64,000 nt of DNA, from IMG/VR virus record IMGVR_UViG_3300027805_000006, one strand, 5' to 3'. Shown here piece after piece: positions 20,144-28,637 of this stretch; positions within the stretch are counted from its first letter, which is position 1, and each line of letters opens with the position of its first letter. The stretch is from a virus (taxonomy: Duplodnaviria; Caudoviricetes). Position numbers and translations under genes: made by a program. The notes beneath the pieces are model-generated. The model had not been told where the DNA came from and made no database searches. It worked only from the letters and a program-made list of their open reading frames with translations.

Positions 20144-20884
20144 TCATTTTTCAGCAAGTTTCTTTAGTTGCTCAAATTCAACAAGCGGTTTTTTACCAGT
20201 GCTTTTGCTCTCAGCCTTAATACCACCGGCATCTAGCCACATCTGCTTTATGAAGCGGCGCATTTCTGGAGAAGCATTCTTTCCGGTATCTACCCATTTT
20301 TTCCAAAGTTCAGACATTTTCTGCGTTACTTGAGCAGCATTAATGCCACTTGACACGGGTGGTGCGACTTCCTTTTCCTTGTCACCTTCAGCAGGCTTTT
20401 CGCCTTCCTTCTCAGCAGGCTTTTCGCCTTCCTTCTCAGCAGGCTTTTCGCCTTCCTTCTCAGCAGGCTTTTCAGCAGGCTTTTCAGCAGGCTTTTCAGC
20501 AGGCTTCTTGTCAAATGCGGGGTTATAGAGCATTGACCCCTTTGGTGCAAAAGTCAGACCTGCTTCAATATATGTTACAACTGGAGAGTCTTCTCTGAAT
20601 TTAACGTTTGTTTTGGTGTTTACCCAGCCGTCTGCTTTTTTCTCAAATGGCTTTCCATTAAAAGTTGCTGTATCACCAGTTTTAAATGACTTCTTTTCAC
20701 CGTGCTTTGTGGCATAATCTTCAGCAAATTCTTTTTCCTTTTGATACTCTTCTGGAGTAGCAGGTGCTTCAAACAGTTTTTGAAGAGATGTGCCCTCTGC
20801 AGTTTCCCTCCAGAAATCAAAAAAGGCTTCAATGTCTTCTTGAACTCTGTCTTCTAGTAGTTGAGAAAGGTGGCTAAGTTTCAT
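20144..20884 (-). CDS. Putative internal head protein with PAEK repeats
   Basis: Leader MKLSHLSQLLE; TATAAATA upstream; low-complexity PAEK/EGEK tract. Confidence 0.65.
   Translation of the reverse strand: MKLSHLSQLLEDRVQEDIEAFFDFWRETAEGTSLQKLFEAPATPEEYQKEKEFAEDYATKHGEKKSFKTGDTATFNGKPFEKKADGWVNTKTNVKFREDSPVVTYIEAGLTFAPKGSMLYNPAFDKKPAEKPAEKPAEKPAEKEGEKPAEKEGEKPAEKEGEKPAEGDKEKEVAPPVSSGINAAQVTQKMSELWKKWVDTGKNASPEMRRFIKQMWLDAGGIKAESKSTGKKPLVEFEQLKKLAEK
20387..20506. repeat. In-frame tandem repeat (3x24 bp + 4x12 bp) encoding PAEKEGEK/PAEK
   Basis: TCAGCAGGCTT units visible directly in the sequence. Confidence 0.9.
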
Positions 20885-20905
20885 TGTATCCTCAGAACTT
20901 TTGTT

Positions 20906-20913
20906 TATTTATA
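20906..20913 (-). promoter_or_regulatory. T4 late promoter TATAAATA
   Basis: Exact consensus on the - strand, overlapping the stop codon of the 20909 gene. Confidence 0.75.
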
Positions 20914-21259
20914 ATGCTACACCCTTGCCGTTAATACTGGTTAGTAGCCAGTATCCTTCAGGCATTTTCTTTAAAGTTAAGTTCTCATCATCGTTTTTAA
21001 TGAGTTCAAACCACTGTCCTGGTGAGGTGTTATAAATTCTGAATTCATTATTTCCTAATGACGTATGAATTTCAACCTTTGTGATGTCCCATATCTGGTA
21101 TGGGGGTGATGACTTAATTGATAAGGAAGCATTTCCAACTGCATATCCATCTTTTATTGCAACCTTCAGCGGCTTATGTGCTTGGTACAACTTAAGCAGC
21201 ATTTTTCCGATAAAAACATCCGGAATGCTGTCTTCCTCGAAGAGTTCAAACATCTTCAT
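20909..21259 (-). CDS. Putative internal head protein (paralog family P)
   Basis: Leader MKMFELFEE; ATGA-type coupling to neighbour. Confidence 0.65.
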   Translation of the reverse strand: MKMFELFEEDSIPDVFIGKMLLKLYQAHKPLKVAIKDGYAVGNASLSIKSSPPYQIWDITKVEIHTSLGNNEFRIYNTSPGQWFELIKNDDENLTLKKMPEGYWLLTSINGKGVAL

Positions 21260-21666
21260 CGTGGGCTATGCCCCCATACCTTTAGAGAAAGTAACTTTCT
21301 GGTTGGCTCACCATTTTCGTCATACAGTGGTCCAGCCGCACCCTTCATTCTGCTAATGAAACTTACCTGCTTACCGGCCCATCGCCAGTCATTTGCGTCC
21401 CAGTCTTTTACTGGTCGCTTCTTCATGCTGATTATGTGTTTGGCTGACTGGCGACCAGTGCTAATTCCAAGTTTTGATGCCACTGATTGCTTTAGCCCAG
21501 GATGCTTCTTCGGATCAGACTTGGCTAACTCAAGTTGGCGATCTAACCATTTTTCCAGGCTTTCAGCAGACATATTGACAAGAGTTTTCCAGCGAGAATA
21601 CAAATCCTGTCGGCGCTTCTTTTCGCTGTCAGAAACTTCTTCAGTTAAAATTTCAGAAACTCTCAT
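21256..21666 (-). CDS. Putative internal head protein with a DUF3140-like domain
   Basis: Leader MRVSEILTEE; LVNMSAESLEKWL...GRQSA...LSLKVWGHSP matches the recalled DUF3140 pattern. Confidence 0.6.
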   Translation of the reverse strand: MRVSEILTEEVSDSEKKRRQDLYSRWKTLVNMSAESLEKWLDRQLELAKSDPKKHPGLKQSVASKLGISTGRQSAKHIISMKKRPVKDWDANDWRWAGKQVSFISRMKGAAGPLYDENGEPTRKLLSLKVWGHSPR

Positions 21667-21914
21667 TTTTTATCCTTTGCCTTTTTCCAAAGGTCCTTAT
21701 CAGCTTTTCTAGCTGGCCCGTTTGTTAAAAACGATGAAACTCTTGCATGTGCCCATTGGTGCTGACTTACACCAGGCCTATGACCAGTTCTCCACGCTGC
21801 TGCACCTCTGTTCCAAACCTTCCTAAGGATTGATACCGAAATACCTGTCTTCTCAGCCTTATTCTTCAGAGCGGTATCAACGCTTCCTTCAGTAAGGAGT
21901 TCAGTTAGCTTCAT
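21663..21914 (-). CDS. Putative internal head protein, basic domain (AWRTGHRPG...WAHARVSSF)
   Basis: Start revised to MKLTELLTEG at 21914. Confidence 0.7.
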   Translation of the reverse strand: MKLTELLTEGSVDTALKNKAEKTGISVSILRKVWNRGAAAWRTGHRPGVSQHQWAHARVSSFLTNGPARKADKDLWKKAKDKK

Positions 21915-22230
21915 TTGAATACACCAGTAGGCGCCCATTAGAACCTTTTTGGAAGTGCAGTCGTCCGTCGTCCAGCATATCCTTCGTATAGACGATGTAA
22001 CGGTGTCCAGTTACCTGAGCAATCACCGAGAGCTCGAGCGAACCATCAGGACGAAGTTGGTAGCCGCTGATCTTCATCGGTTCATTCTCAATCTCCTTGT
22101 CCAGCAGCTTTACCGGCTGTCCTTTATTCTTGACGTGATCGGCAATAGTGCGCTTCAGCATTGATACTAGAATTGGTAAGTCTGCGCTTTCAGCCACGCT
22201 TACTTCAGTAAGGAGTTCAATAACCTTCAT
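21901..22230 (-). CDS. Putative internal head protein (family P)
   Basis: Leader MKVIELLTE. Confidence 0.65.
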   Translation of the reverse strand: MKVIELLTEVSVAESADLPILVSMLKRTIADHVKNKGQPVKLLDKEIENEPMKISGYQLRPDGSLELSVIAQVTGHRYIVYTKDMLDDGRLHFQKGSNGRLLVYSNEAN

Positions 22231-22850
22231 TTGCCAAATCTCCGTTCAAACTTCTTGGTGTGTTCTGACTTAGGAAGGTTTTTGCCCTTCTTCTTCAACT
22301 CAGCCTTGTACTTTTGGTCTGCTGTCCAATCATCGGGGTAGGCGGCTGGGTCAGTGTGTTCCATATCTTTAAAGCGCTTTATTTCACGTGTCATCTCAGC
22401 CTTCAGTTCTTTTTTCCTTGATGACCCTTTAAAGTTAAGATAACTCTTCTTTATTTTTTCTTCATTAGTTACCTGTTCTCTATCAATAATTGTCCAAACG
22501 CCATTTATCTTCTTAATGGTATAATTGTCATCAATGGGTCTTTCAAATTCGAAGAGCATAGTGCTCGTAGCACCACGGCCATACAACGCAAACTCCTTAT
22601 AAGGGCTAATGTGCAGTTGATCGTTGTTTATGGCACGTCTAAGTATGTCGACTGGATCAACGAGCATATACTCTGCCTGCACTACCCATCCTTCCTTAGT
22701 GCTGCGCATCGCCTGATATCCACGCTGTGTATTACCAGACAGGAAGGTACGTCCCTTCGCATTGACATAGATGGGCTTTTTAGCCTTTACTAGTTTGAGC
22801 AGCATAGTAGCTAATATGCTTTCATTCTCGAATAACTGAGCGAGCTTCAT
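22227..22850 (-). CDS. Putative two-domain internal head protein (family P domain plus basic C-terminal domain)
   Basis: Leader MKLAQLFENE; internal VTNE; C-terminal KSEHTKKFERRFG. Confidence 0.65.
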   Translation of the reverse strand: MKLAQLFENESILATMLLKLVKAKKPIYVNAKGRTFLSGNTQRGYQAMRSTKEGWVVQAEYMLVDPVDILRRAINNDQLHISPYKEFALYGRGATSTMLFEFERPIDDNYTIKKINGVWTIIDREQVTNEEKIKKSYLNFKGSSRKKELKAEMTREIKRFKDMEHTDPAAYPDDWTADQKYKAELKKKGKNLPKSEHTKKFERRFGK

Positions 22851-23149
22851 TCGTTTGGTGCAATCTGTGCGTCATAGTACTTGTGCTGGGAGTGGTCAAT
22901 CTTTCCAGTCTTCTGGTCAATCTTTCCACCATAGTGTGCTGCCTGGCGCTCAATTCTTTTGAAAAGTTCAGCCATTGCCTTCATAATAACTTCGTGGCTA
23001 TATGGCTTTTCTGGATTGGTTGCATCTAACATCTTAAAGTCAGGATTAATCTCTGCGTGTCTTTCAGCGTCTGGTGCAATAGGAACTTCAGGAGCAGAAT
23101 TTCCTGCAGCAATAATGTGTTTAGCTTTTATTAATTCACTTACCTTCAT
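22847..23149 (-). CDS. Hypothetical protein with a leader-like N-terminus
   Basis: MKVSELIKA; translationally coupled. Confidence 0.6.
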   Translation of the reverse strand: MKVSELIKAKHIIAAGNSAPEVPIAPDAERHAEINPDFKMLDATNPEKPYSHEVIMKAMAELFKRIERQAAHYGGKIDQKTGKIDHSQHKYYDAQIAPNE

Positions 23150-23151
23150 AG

Positions 23152-23607
23152 TTATTCTTCTTTGTTCTTAGGTACAAATTTTTCAGATAGTTCTTTTATC
23201 CACTCTAGCGCTACTGGAAGAGCGTCTTTTGGTGAAGCAAAGCGCTTGGAGTTTTTTGCTTTTAAAACTTGAGTTAGGCTTTGACCATCACTCATTGAAA
23301 CATACCAGCCACTCTCATTCTTAACACCATGCTTTTCTGGTGCAAAGGTGTAAATTACTGCTACCCACCCAACATTTGCTTTACCATTTTTTGCAGGTCT
23401 AATTAGTTTTGCACGCAAAATTCTTTGCTTTGGAATTCCAAACTTCCCACCCGATTTAATTGTACTCTGTTCAATTTTATCAGCGTATGGCTTAAGCGCC
23501 CTTGAAAAAAGGTTAAACATAAAATCTACTTCTTCATCGGTTTGTTGTTCAACCTCCAACTTTTCCTTAGATTTTTTTGCTGCTTCTACCAGGTTATGAA
23601 GTTTCAT
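23152..23607 (-). CDS. Putative internal head protein (paralog of 24160)
   Basis: Leader MKLHNLVEA; TDEEVDF motif. Confidence 0.65.
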   Translation of the reverse strand: MKLHNLVEAAKKSKEKLEVEQQTDEEVDFMFNLFSRALKPYADKIEQSTIKSGGKFGIPKQRILRAKLIRPAKNGKANVGWVAVIYTFAPEKHGVKNESGWYVSMSDGQSLTQVLKAKNSKRFASPKDALPVALEWIKELSEKFVPKNKEE

Positions 23608-23638
23608 TGCTAGTTCCTACCTTACTTTTTTGTGCTGT

Positions 23639-24145
23639 TCAACTGAACTTCACAATTCCCTGCGAAACTGTGGGTAGAATAATGGTAATTGAAACATTAG
23701 GTGTAGGATAAACTACGCTCAATGGAGTAACTTCGGAAAGAACAGTTTGCGTTACATCCCACGTATAGACCTTTATTTCGGGGTCATATCCAAGGTTATG
23801 CGTTACTGCCCAAGTGTTAGAATCTGATGTTTGGTAATGAGTGAAGTTAAGCCCCTGTAGAGCAAGTGCATTCTTCATTCTGTACCTGAAACTCGTAGTG
23901 CCAAGATTAGTTTCTGCTTGAACTGCAGATAGAAGAGAGTTAGCCATAGAATACCAAGCAGCATCAAATGCAGCATCATCTAGATATACAGTTCCTACGA
24001 GGGCAACTCTATCTTGTTCAAGTTGCTCTACCCAGTTTGAAAGTTGATTTACAACGCTCTTTAAAACAGCAACTTCAGTTCTTAACTCATTTCTTCTGTC
24101 ATGAAGAGAATTTACTATTGGTACACCTGATGGAAATGCTGACAT
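23639..24145 (-). CDS. Probable virion structural protein
   Basis: C-terminal TWAVTHNLGYDP beta domain, similar to the C-terminus of 44434..45324. Confidence 0.55.
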   Translation of the reverse strand: MSAFPSGVPIVNSLHDRRNELRTEVAVLKSVVNQLSNWVEQLEQDRVALVGTVYLDDAAFDAAWYSMANSLLSAVQAETNLGTTSFRYRMKNALALQGLNFTHYQTSDSNTWAVTHNLGYDPEIKVYTWDVTQTVLSEVTPLSVVYPTPNVSITIILPTVSQGIVKFS

Positions 24146-24159
24146 GCTTCGCCTTTGTA

Positions 24160-24657
24160 TTATTTCTTCTTACGTGATTTTAGATTCTTTTCAACTTCTC
24201 TTTCTTCTATCTCTTTTAATCCGTGTTCTACAGATATATGCGCCTTGGCAACATATTGTTTTATTGCCTTAAGCAACTCGGTGGGAGTTCCCTTCATTGT
24301 TTTTGGGCGACGCATTCCGATTGTTAGTTGTGCGTACCACTCTCCATCCCTGTAGTATATGAAATATTGAACTTTTCCTCTCGATGCGATGTCTATAACA
24401 TCAAAAGCATAGCCAGGAATTACAAGGTATTTTTCTCTAAACTTCTGTACTTGAGGAATTTTCAACAAACCAAATATTGTGCTGACACCATAAGAAGCAG
24501 GCACTACAAGAAAAGGATGTGAGTCTGGTGGAAGTGACTTCAGAAACATCTTATTAATAAAGTCAATTTCCTCCTGAGTTTCATGATCAACGGTCGGGGC
24601 TGCTTTATAGCCACGATTGCGATGATTAGCAGCCTCAACTAATTGAGAAAGAATCAT
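24160..24657 (-). CDS. Putative internal head protein (paralog of 23152)
   Basis: Leader MILSQLVEA; TQEEIDF motif. Confidence 0.65.
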   Translation of the reverse strand: MILSQLVEAANHRNRGYKAAPTVDHETQEEIDFINKMFLKSLPPDSHPFLVVPASYGVSTIFGLLKIPQVQKFREKYLVIPGYAFDVIDIASRGKVQYFIYYRDGEWYAQLTIGMRRPKTMKGTPTELLKAIKQYVAKAHISVEHGLKEIEEREVEKNLKSRKKK

Positions 24658-25046
24658 GCAAGATTTTCCATCTTATATTTAATTCTAGCAACAATGGCTT
24701 GAAGTTCCTCAAACTTATTCACCAAGAAGCCATCTTGCGGAATTATCTCGTGTTGCATTTCAAGGAAATGATACAACTGCGCAACAAATTCTTGTGGTGT
24801 ATTTTCACTAAAAATATTCGGTTCGCTTATTTCAATCCAAGTTTCAGTACCATATCCACCCATGTAGATTTCCATAAGATCATCTATTAGTTCATTCATG
24901 CCATCGTACAGCTCGCCGAGCGCCATGTGCTGTGAAAAGGATTTAACCTTCCAATGCCACATTCTAGCGGTGTTTTGAGCAGCTAGTAGGTGTGATACTA
25001 ATTCACCAATAGCTTCATCGTTTTTCTTATTGTTGTTATTATCCAT
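24654..25046 (-). CDS. Ferritin-like/Dps-like four-helix protein
   Basis: AxMWHWKVKSFSQHxALGELYDxxxELIDxLxExYMG resembles the Dps ferroxidase helices. Confidence 0.65.
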   Translation of the reverse strand: MDNNNNKKNDEAIGELVSHLLAAQNTARMWHWKVKSFSQHMALGELYDGMNELIDDLMEIYMGGYGTETWIEISEPNIFSENTPQEFVAQLYHFLEMQHEIIPQDGFLVNKFEELQAIVARIKYKMENLA

Positions 25047-25159
25047 TATTTCCTCTTAAAGAAGTTAATTACTGTCCATTGGTACAAAACATAGATGCGT
25101 TTTTGCTTATTTCAACAATGATTTATACCATGTTTTATTTACTTTTCCGGGTAGAATTG

Positions 25160-25417
25160 TTATCTATTTTTCATACTTTTCGTAAAAATATGCTCTAAAA
25201 GCATAAAATCAGAAAAGGTTAGTGCTGTATTTTCACCCATCATCTTCTTGAAGATGCCAGTGGTATAGGCCCAAAATCGTTTTGTCCCATGCTTGAATTT
25301 TTCTTCAGCAGATTTTTTAGCAGATTCCCAACGCTCCTCTGCCTTACTCATTGAGACACCATGTTTTTCAGCGTATTTTTTAACTAAAGTTGCTGGCATA
25401 TTATTCTCACAGTTCAA
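25160..25417 (-). CDS. Hypothetical basic phage protein
   Basis: MPATLVKKYAEKHG...WAYTTGIFKKMMG; start may be the second Met. Confidence 0.65.
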   Translation of the reverse strand: MNCENNMPATLVKKYAEKHGVSMSKAEERWESAKKSAEEKFKHGTKRFWAYTTGIFKKMMGENTALTFSDFMLLEHIFTKSMKNR

Positions 25418-25806
25418 ATTTTAGTAGGTGCAGTTTGTGGTTCCGCACTGCCAGGATATTCTTTGGCTTCGCCTGAAAGCTGTTCTAGAAAAACTGGTTT
25501 TAAAATCTTATCGCGCACAAGTTCCTTGAAGTTTGGCTTAACATCTGCGCGAACCTTTACCACAACCCTGTTGCTGTTGCCCATAAGAGGTCTAGACCCA
25601 AAAATTCCAGCAGTTGCGCTAATTGACCATTTATTTTCGCCAAAAGTACGATCAAAAATGCCCGCAGTAATTGGCCAAACTGGCCAGGCAACAATCGGCC
25701 TGACTACATAGTCCTTGTACTCAATCTGCTGTTCTGGTTCCCATTCGCCCTCCCAGTCATCATCTTGAGATAGCTTTGCAGTTTCAAAAAGTTCTGTCAG
25801 TTTCAT
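25414..25806 (-). CDS. Putative internal head protein
   Basis: Start revised to MKLTELFETA at 25806, 1 nt after the stop of the 25808 gene. Confidence 0.65.
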   Translation of the reverse strand: MKLTELFETAKLSQDDDWEGEWEPEQQIEYKDYVVRPIVAWPVWPITAGIFDRTFGENKWSISATAGIFGSRPLMGNSNRVVVKVRADVKPNFKELVRDKILKPVFLEQLSGEAKEYPGSAEPQTAPTKI

Positions 25807-25807
25807 T

Positions 25808-26353
25808 TTAACCAAACTTTTTCTTGAGGGCGGCTCTAAGAGCATCTGCCTTCGCTGCACTAATAAGTTTTGAAGTATTTTGCTGCTGTGAAATTGCTCC
25901 ATAGGCAGACTTAAGCTTTTCATCCTTTGTTTTTTTATGAACACGTGAATTATACAGCCAAGCTGCCATTGCCAAAACACCAATATCTCCGTCGCGATAC
26001 CTTGCCCAACGTCCTTCTGCATCAGATGCGCCGCTGTCATTCCATTTTTCTAAAATACGCGCTTCATTTGCTGGAGATTTTGATTTAAACATTACTCTGC
26101 TAATAATTTTTTTCCCATCAGAAGTTTCTATACGAACAAATACACCACGAAGTGCATTAAAGACTCTGATTAAAATATTTCCAAGACCCATTTTGATTCG
26201 TTCAGATTTTACTTCTTTTCCAACCTTCAGTACCTTTTCTGCAGTATCATCATCAACGACGACTAATTCATTTGGTTGGGTGTCAAGAAATGATGCAGCT
26301 TTATTCATGGCAAGCTGATTAGCATTTTCATTTAATAGCTCATGGATTTTCAT
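25808..26353 (-). CDS. Putative internal head protein
   Basis: Leader MKIHELLNE; internal PANE/ILE sites. Confidence 0.65.
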   Translation of the reverse strand: MKIHELLNENANQLAMNKAASFLDTQPNELVVVDDDTAEKVLKVGKEVKSERIKMGLGNILIRVFNALRGVFVRIETSDGKKIISRVMFKSKSPANEARILEKWNDSGASDAEGRWARYRDGDIGVLAMAAWLYNSRVHKKTKDEKLKSAYGAISQQQNTSKLISAAKADALRAALKKKFG

Positions 26354-27156
26354 TTTTGCACAGATATTTGCTTAATCAGAGTTGGTAAATGTGTCTCAAG
26401 CCATTGCACATATTGCTGACTTGAGTACTTGTTTGCATTTTTTGTGATTGTGGCAATAAATTGAGTTCCAACATGATCTGCAATAAGTTGCCCAAATGAT
26501 GATTTTGCACCCTGCCCTGAGACCGTCTTATCAACGCCAAATTCATGTGTTCGTTGGCCCGTCTTAATTCCACTATCTGCTAACCACTTCTTTACGACTG
26601 CAACTAGGTCCTTTTCAACACTGGGGTCATAGTAGTAGAACTTCAATGAGTCATTGTGTGACATAAAATAATCCAAATGACGGTGTGTCTTGAAGCTAAT
26701 CGGCGTCTGCTTATCATTTGAAAAATCGCGTATCTTTGAAATGAGCGTGTTGAATGATTTTAGAAACTTTGCGATATTTTCTTTTGTACGCTCAACCGTG
26801 ATATAGTAGTTCAATGTGCGGTCTTGGCCTGTTTTTCTTGGTATGTTAGCATTTATATCAACTTGTGCCCACGGTCCGCCGCCGCCAGTATTGAAGAATT
26901 TTCCGCTAAAGTAAGTCTTCCACGCGTTTACAGCGGTGTCATCAAAGCCAACCTGCTTTGCCTTTCCTATTTTGGCAATATCAACATCATTTACAACGAT
27001 GTCATATATAATTGACTTTATTTCTTTTTGAAGAGTAGAATTACTGGTATCAACTACTAGATCTGAAATAAGTTTTTCTAATTTTGCTTTTACGGGAGCA
27101 AAGTTAAACTGCTGAGCTTCAGCCAAAACCTGTAGATAAATGTCAGCCAGTTTCAT
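26350..27156 (-). CDS. Putative internal head protein
   Basis: Leader MKLADIYLQVLAEA; 268 aa. Confidence 0.65.
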   Translation of the reverse strand: MKLADIYLQVLAEAQQFNFAPVKAKLEKLISDLVVDTSNSTLQKEIKSIIYDIVVNDVDIAKIGKAKQVGFDDTAVNAWKTYFSGKFFNTGGGGPWAQVDINANIPRKTGQDRTLNYYITVERTKENIAKFLKSFNTLISKIRDFSNDKQTPISFKTHRHLDYFMSHNDSLKFYYYDPSVEKDLVAVVKKWLADSGIKTGQRTHEFGVDKTVSGQGAKSSFGQLIADHVGTQFIATITKNANKYSSQQYVQWLETHLPTLIKQISVQK

Positions 27157-27163
27157 TTTACAC

Positions 27164-27367
27164 TCATCTAATATTAAGTTTAGCCTTAAGCTCCTCTAGA
27201 CCTTCTGTTCCGCTGATATTCTCTTTCTCAGCCGCTTTAGGGTCAGTAAGCGTTAGTTTCCAATTACCACCATTACCTGCTTTAGCCTTACGAAGGTATG
27301 CTGGTGTTTTAACACGAGTTGATGCCTTTGGGGCAGCAGCTGTTTCTAGTAGTTGACTAACTTTCAT
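27164..27367 (-). CDS. Putative small basic internal head protein
   Basis: Leader MKVSQLLETA. Confidence 0.65.
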   Translation of the reverse strand: MKVSQLLETAAAPKASTRVKTPAYLRKAKAGNGGNWKLTLTDPKAAEKENISGTEGLEELKAKLNIR

Positions 27368-27606
27368 TTTTGATATTGTCCTTTCAGTACCACTTTAAAT
27401 GTTCCTAAGTCTGTCGATACATAAAGATTGTGCGCTATTTCCTTTGAAGGATTTGCAGTGACCATATGGTTGTGTGCGTCAATTGCTTCCCTCTTGCTTT
27501 GGAAATACTTTACTGCATCGTTCATCTTACTTTCAACGCCATTATTATTTAGGCGGTGCAGCCAAATATTAGTGCGTTTTTTAGACCACATTTCATCAAT
27601 CTTCAC
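27364..27606 (-). CDS. Hypothetical protein with a leader-like N-terminus
   Basis: MKIDEMW; coupled to neighbours. Confidence 0.55.
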   Translation of the reverse strand: MKIDEMWSKKRTNIWLHRLNNNGVESKMNDAVKYFQSKREAIDAHNHMVTANPSKEIAHNLYVSTDLGTFKVVLKGQYQK

Positions 27607-28067
27607 TTTGTTTCCTTCGTTTCAGCGTCAATTGACATCATTTTCAGTATTTCCTCTCGGCTTGCAACAACTAGACCATTTGGATTTTTTGAAGCGTATG
27701 GAACAAATGCTGACGCCTTCTTTCTATCGCCGCGCACCTTAGCCTTTGTTGCTGCTGCATTCAGCGCAATATTGAGGTAGTTAGCAGCAACCTCAGCATT
27801 GCGGGCGGCATATCTTGGCTCAGTTATTTCAGCAAACTGCATCTGCTGCTGGAACGTGTCATATGCAGCATCATAGACTTGGTCAATCTTTTTGTCAATC
27901 TCAACATCCTCTGGCTCAACTTCAGTAGAAGGAGCAGGTGCTTGAAAAGATGCAAGAGTTGCTTCAGTCATTATACTGTACTCAGTGACATCTCTGACAG
28001 GCTCCTCAGTTTGGAATAAATCATCAAGTGGATGAATATACTTGCTGTCAGGTTGAAGCGTTTTCAT
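27603..28067 (-). CDS. Candidate terminase small subunit (gp16-like)
   Basis: Helical EPRYAARNAEVAANYL and C-terminal NGLVVASREEIL resemble gp16 motifs; adjacent to gp4; start revised to MKTLQ. Confidence 0.45.
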   Translation of the reverse strand: MKTLQPDSKYIHPLDDLFQTEEPVRDVTEYSIMTEATLASFQAPAPSTEVEPEDVEIDKKIDQVYDAAYDTFQQQMQFAEITEPRYAARNAEVAANYLNIALNAAATKAKVRGDRKKASAFVPYASKNPNGLVVASREEILKMMSIDAETKETK

Positions 28068-28163
28068 TTTGTTCCCCACTGCTAAAATAATAAAAGAGCA
28101 CCTTTTGCCCCTAGATTATCCGTTACTGGTTGATAAAGAGTTTTTATCTTTCTTGCCAGCACT

Positions 28164-28637
28164 TTAGACAGCATTACCGGGCGCTGGTGGCTTTCTTTTA
28201 TTTATGCCTCCCCACAGCGTTTTCTCTGTTACAACACGGAAATGCGCGCCCATTTGATTGGCATATGCTGATGCCGCTGCCCATTTTGCTTGATTTACCA
28301 CAAGCGCCATCTTGTCTCTGTCAGTCATCTTGGGAGTTGGCACTGTTTGTGAGTAGGGCTTTATCTCAACTATTTCTTTTCGAACACTACCATCTTTGTG
28401 CTTATACAAAACAATAATATCGGGGAAATAGCGATGAACTCGGTTGTCGAGTGGGCTTACATATGGAATAATGAGTTCTTCTGAACCAAATTTTAGAACT
28501 GCAGGATTTTGGTCAAGCCATTTCATAAAAGCAAATTCCCATGAGGATCTAAAAAAAATATTATTCGCATTCCCAAGATACTTCTGTGGATTTTGGCAGA
28601 TAAACCTGCCACGCATCGTAGAATTTGCGCCCTTCAT
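28164..28637 (-). CDS. gp4: Head completion nuclease (T4 gp4-like)
   Basis: KYLG...FRSSWE...FGSEELIIPYVSPLDNRVHRYFPD...EIKP. Confidence 0.9.
   Translation of the reverse strand: MKGANSTMRGRFICQNPQKYLGNANNIFFRSSWEFAFMKWLDQNPAVLKFGSEELIIPYVSPLDNRVHRYFPDIIVLYKHKDGSVRKEIVEIKPYSQTVPTPKMTDRDKMALVVNQAKWAAASAYANQMGAHFRVVTEKTLWGGINKRKPPAPGNAV

Noticed and set aside
20387-20506. CRISPR-like array
   Set aside because: Repeats are contiguous, in frame and have no unique spacers; the same applies to the 87-bp repeat at 54461
25807-26040. 78-aa N-terminal extension of ORF 25414..26040
   Set aside because: It overlaps the 25808 gene in another frame; the leader motif and spacing support a start at 25806
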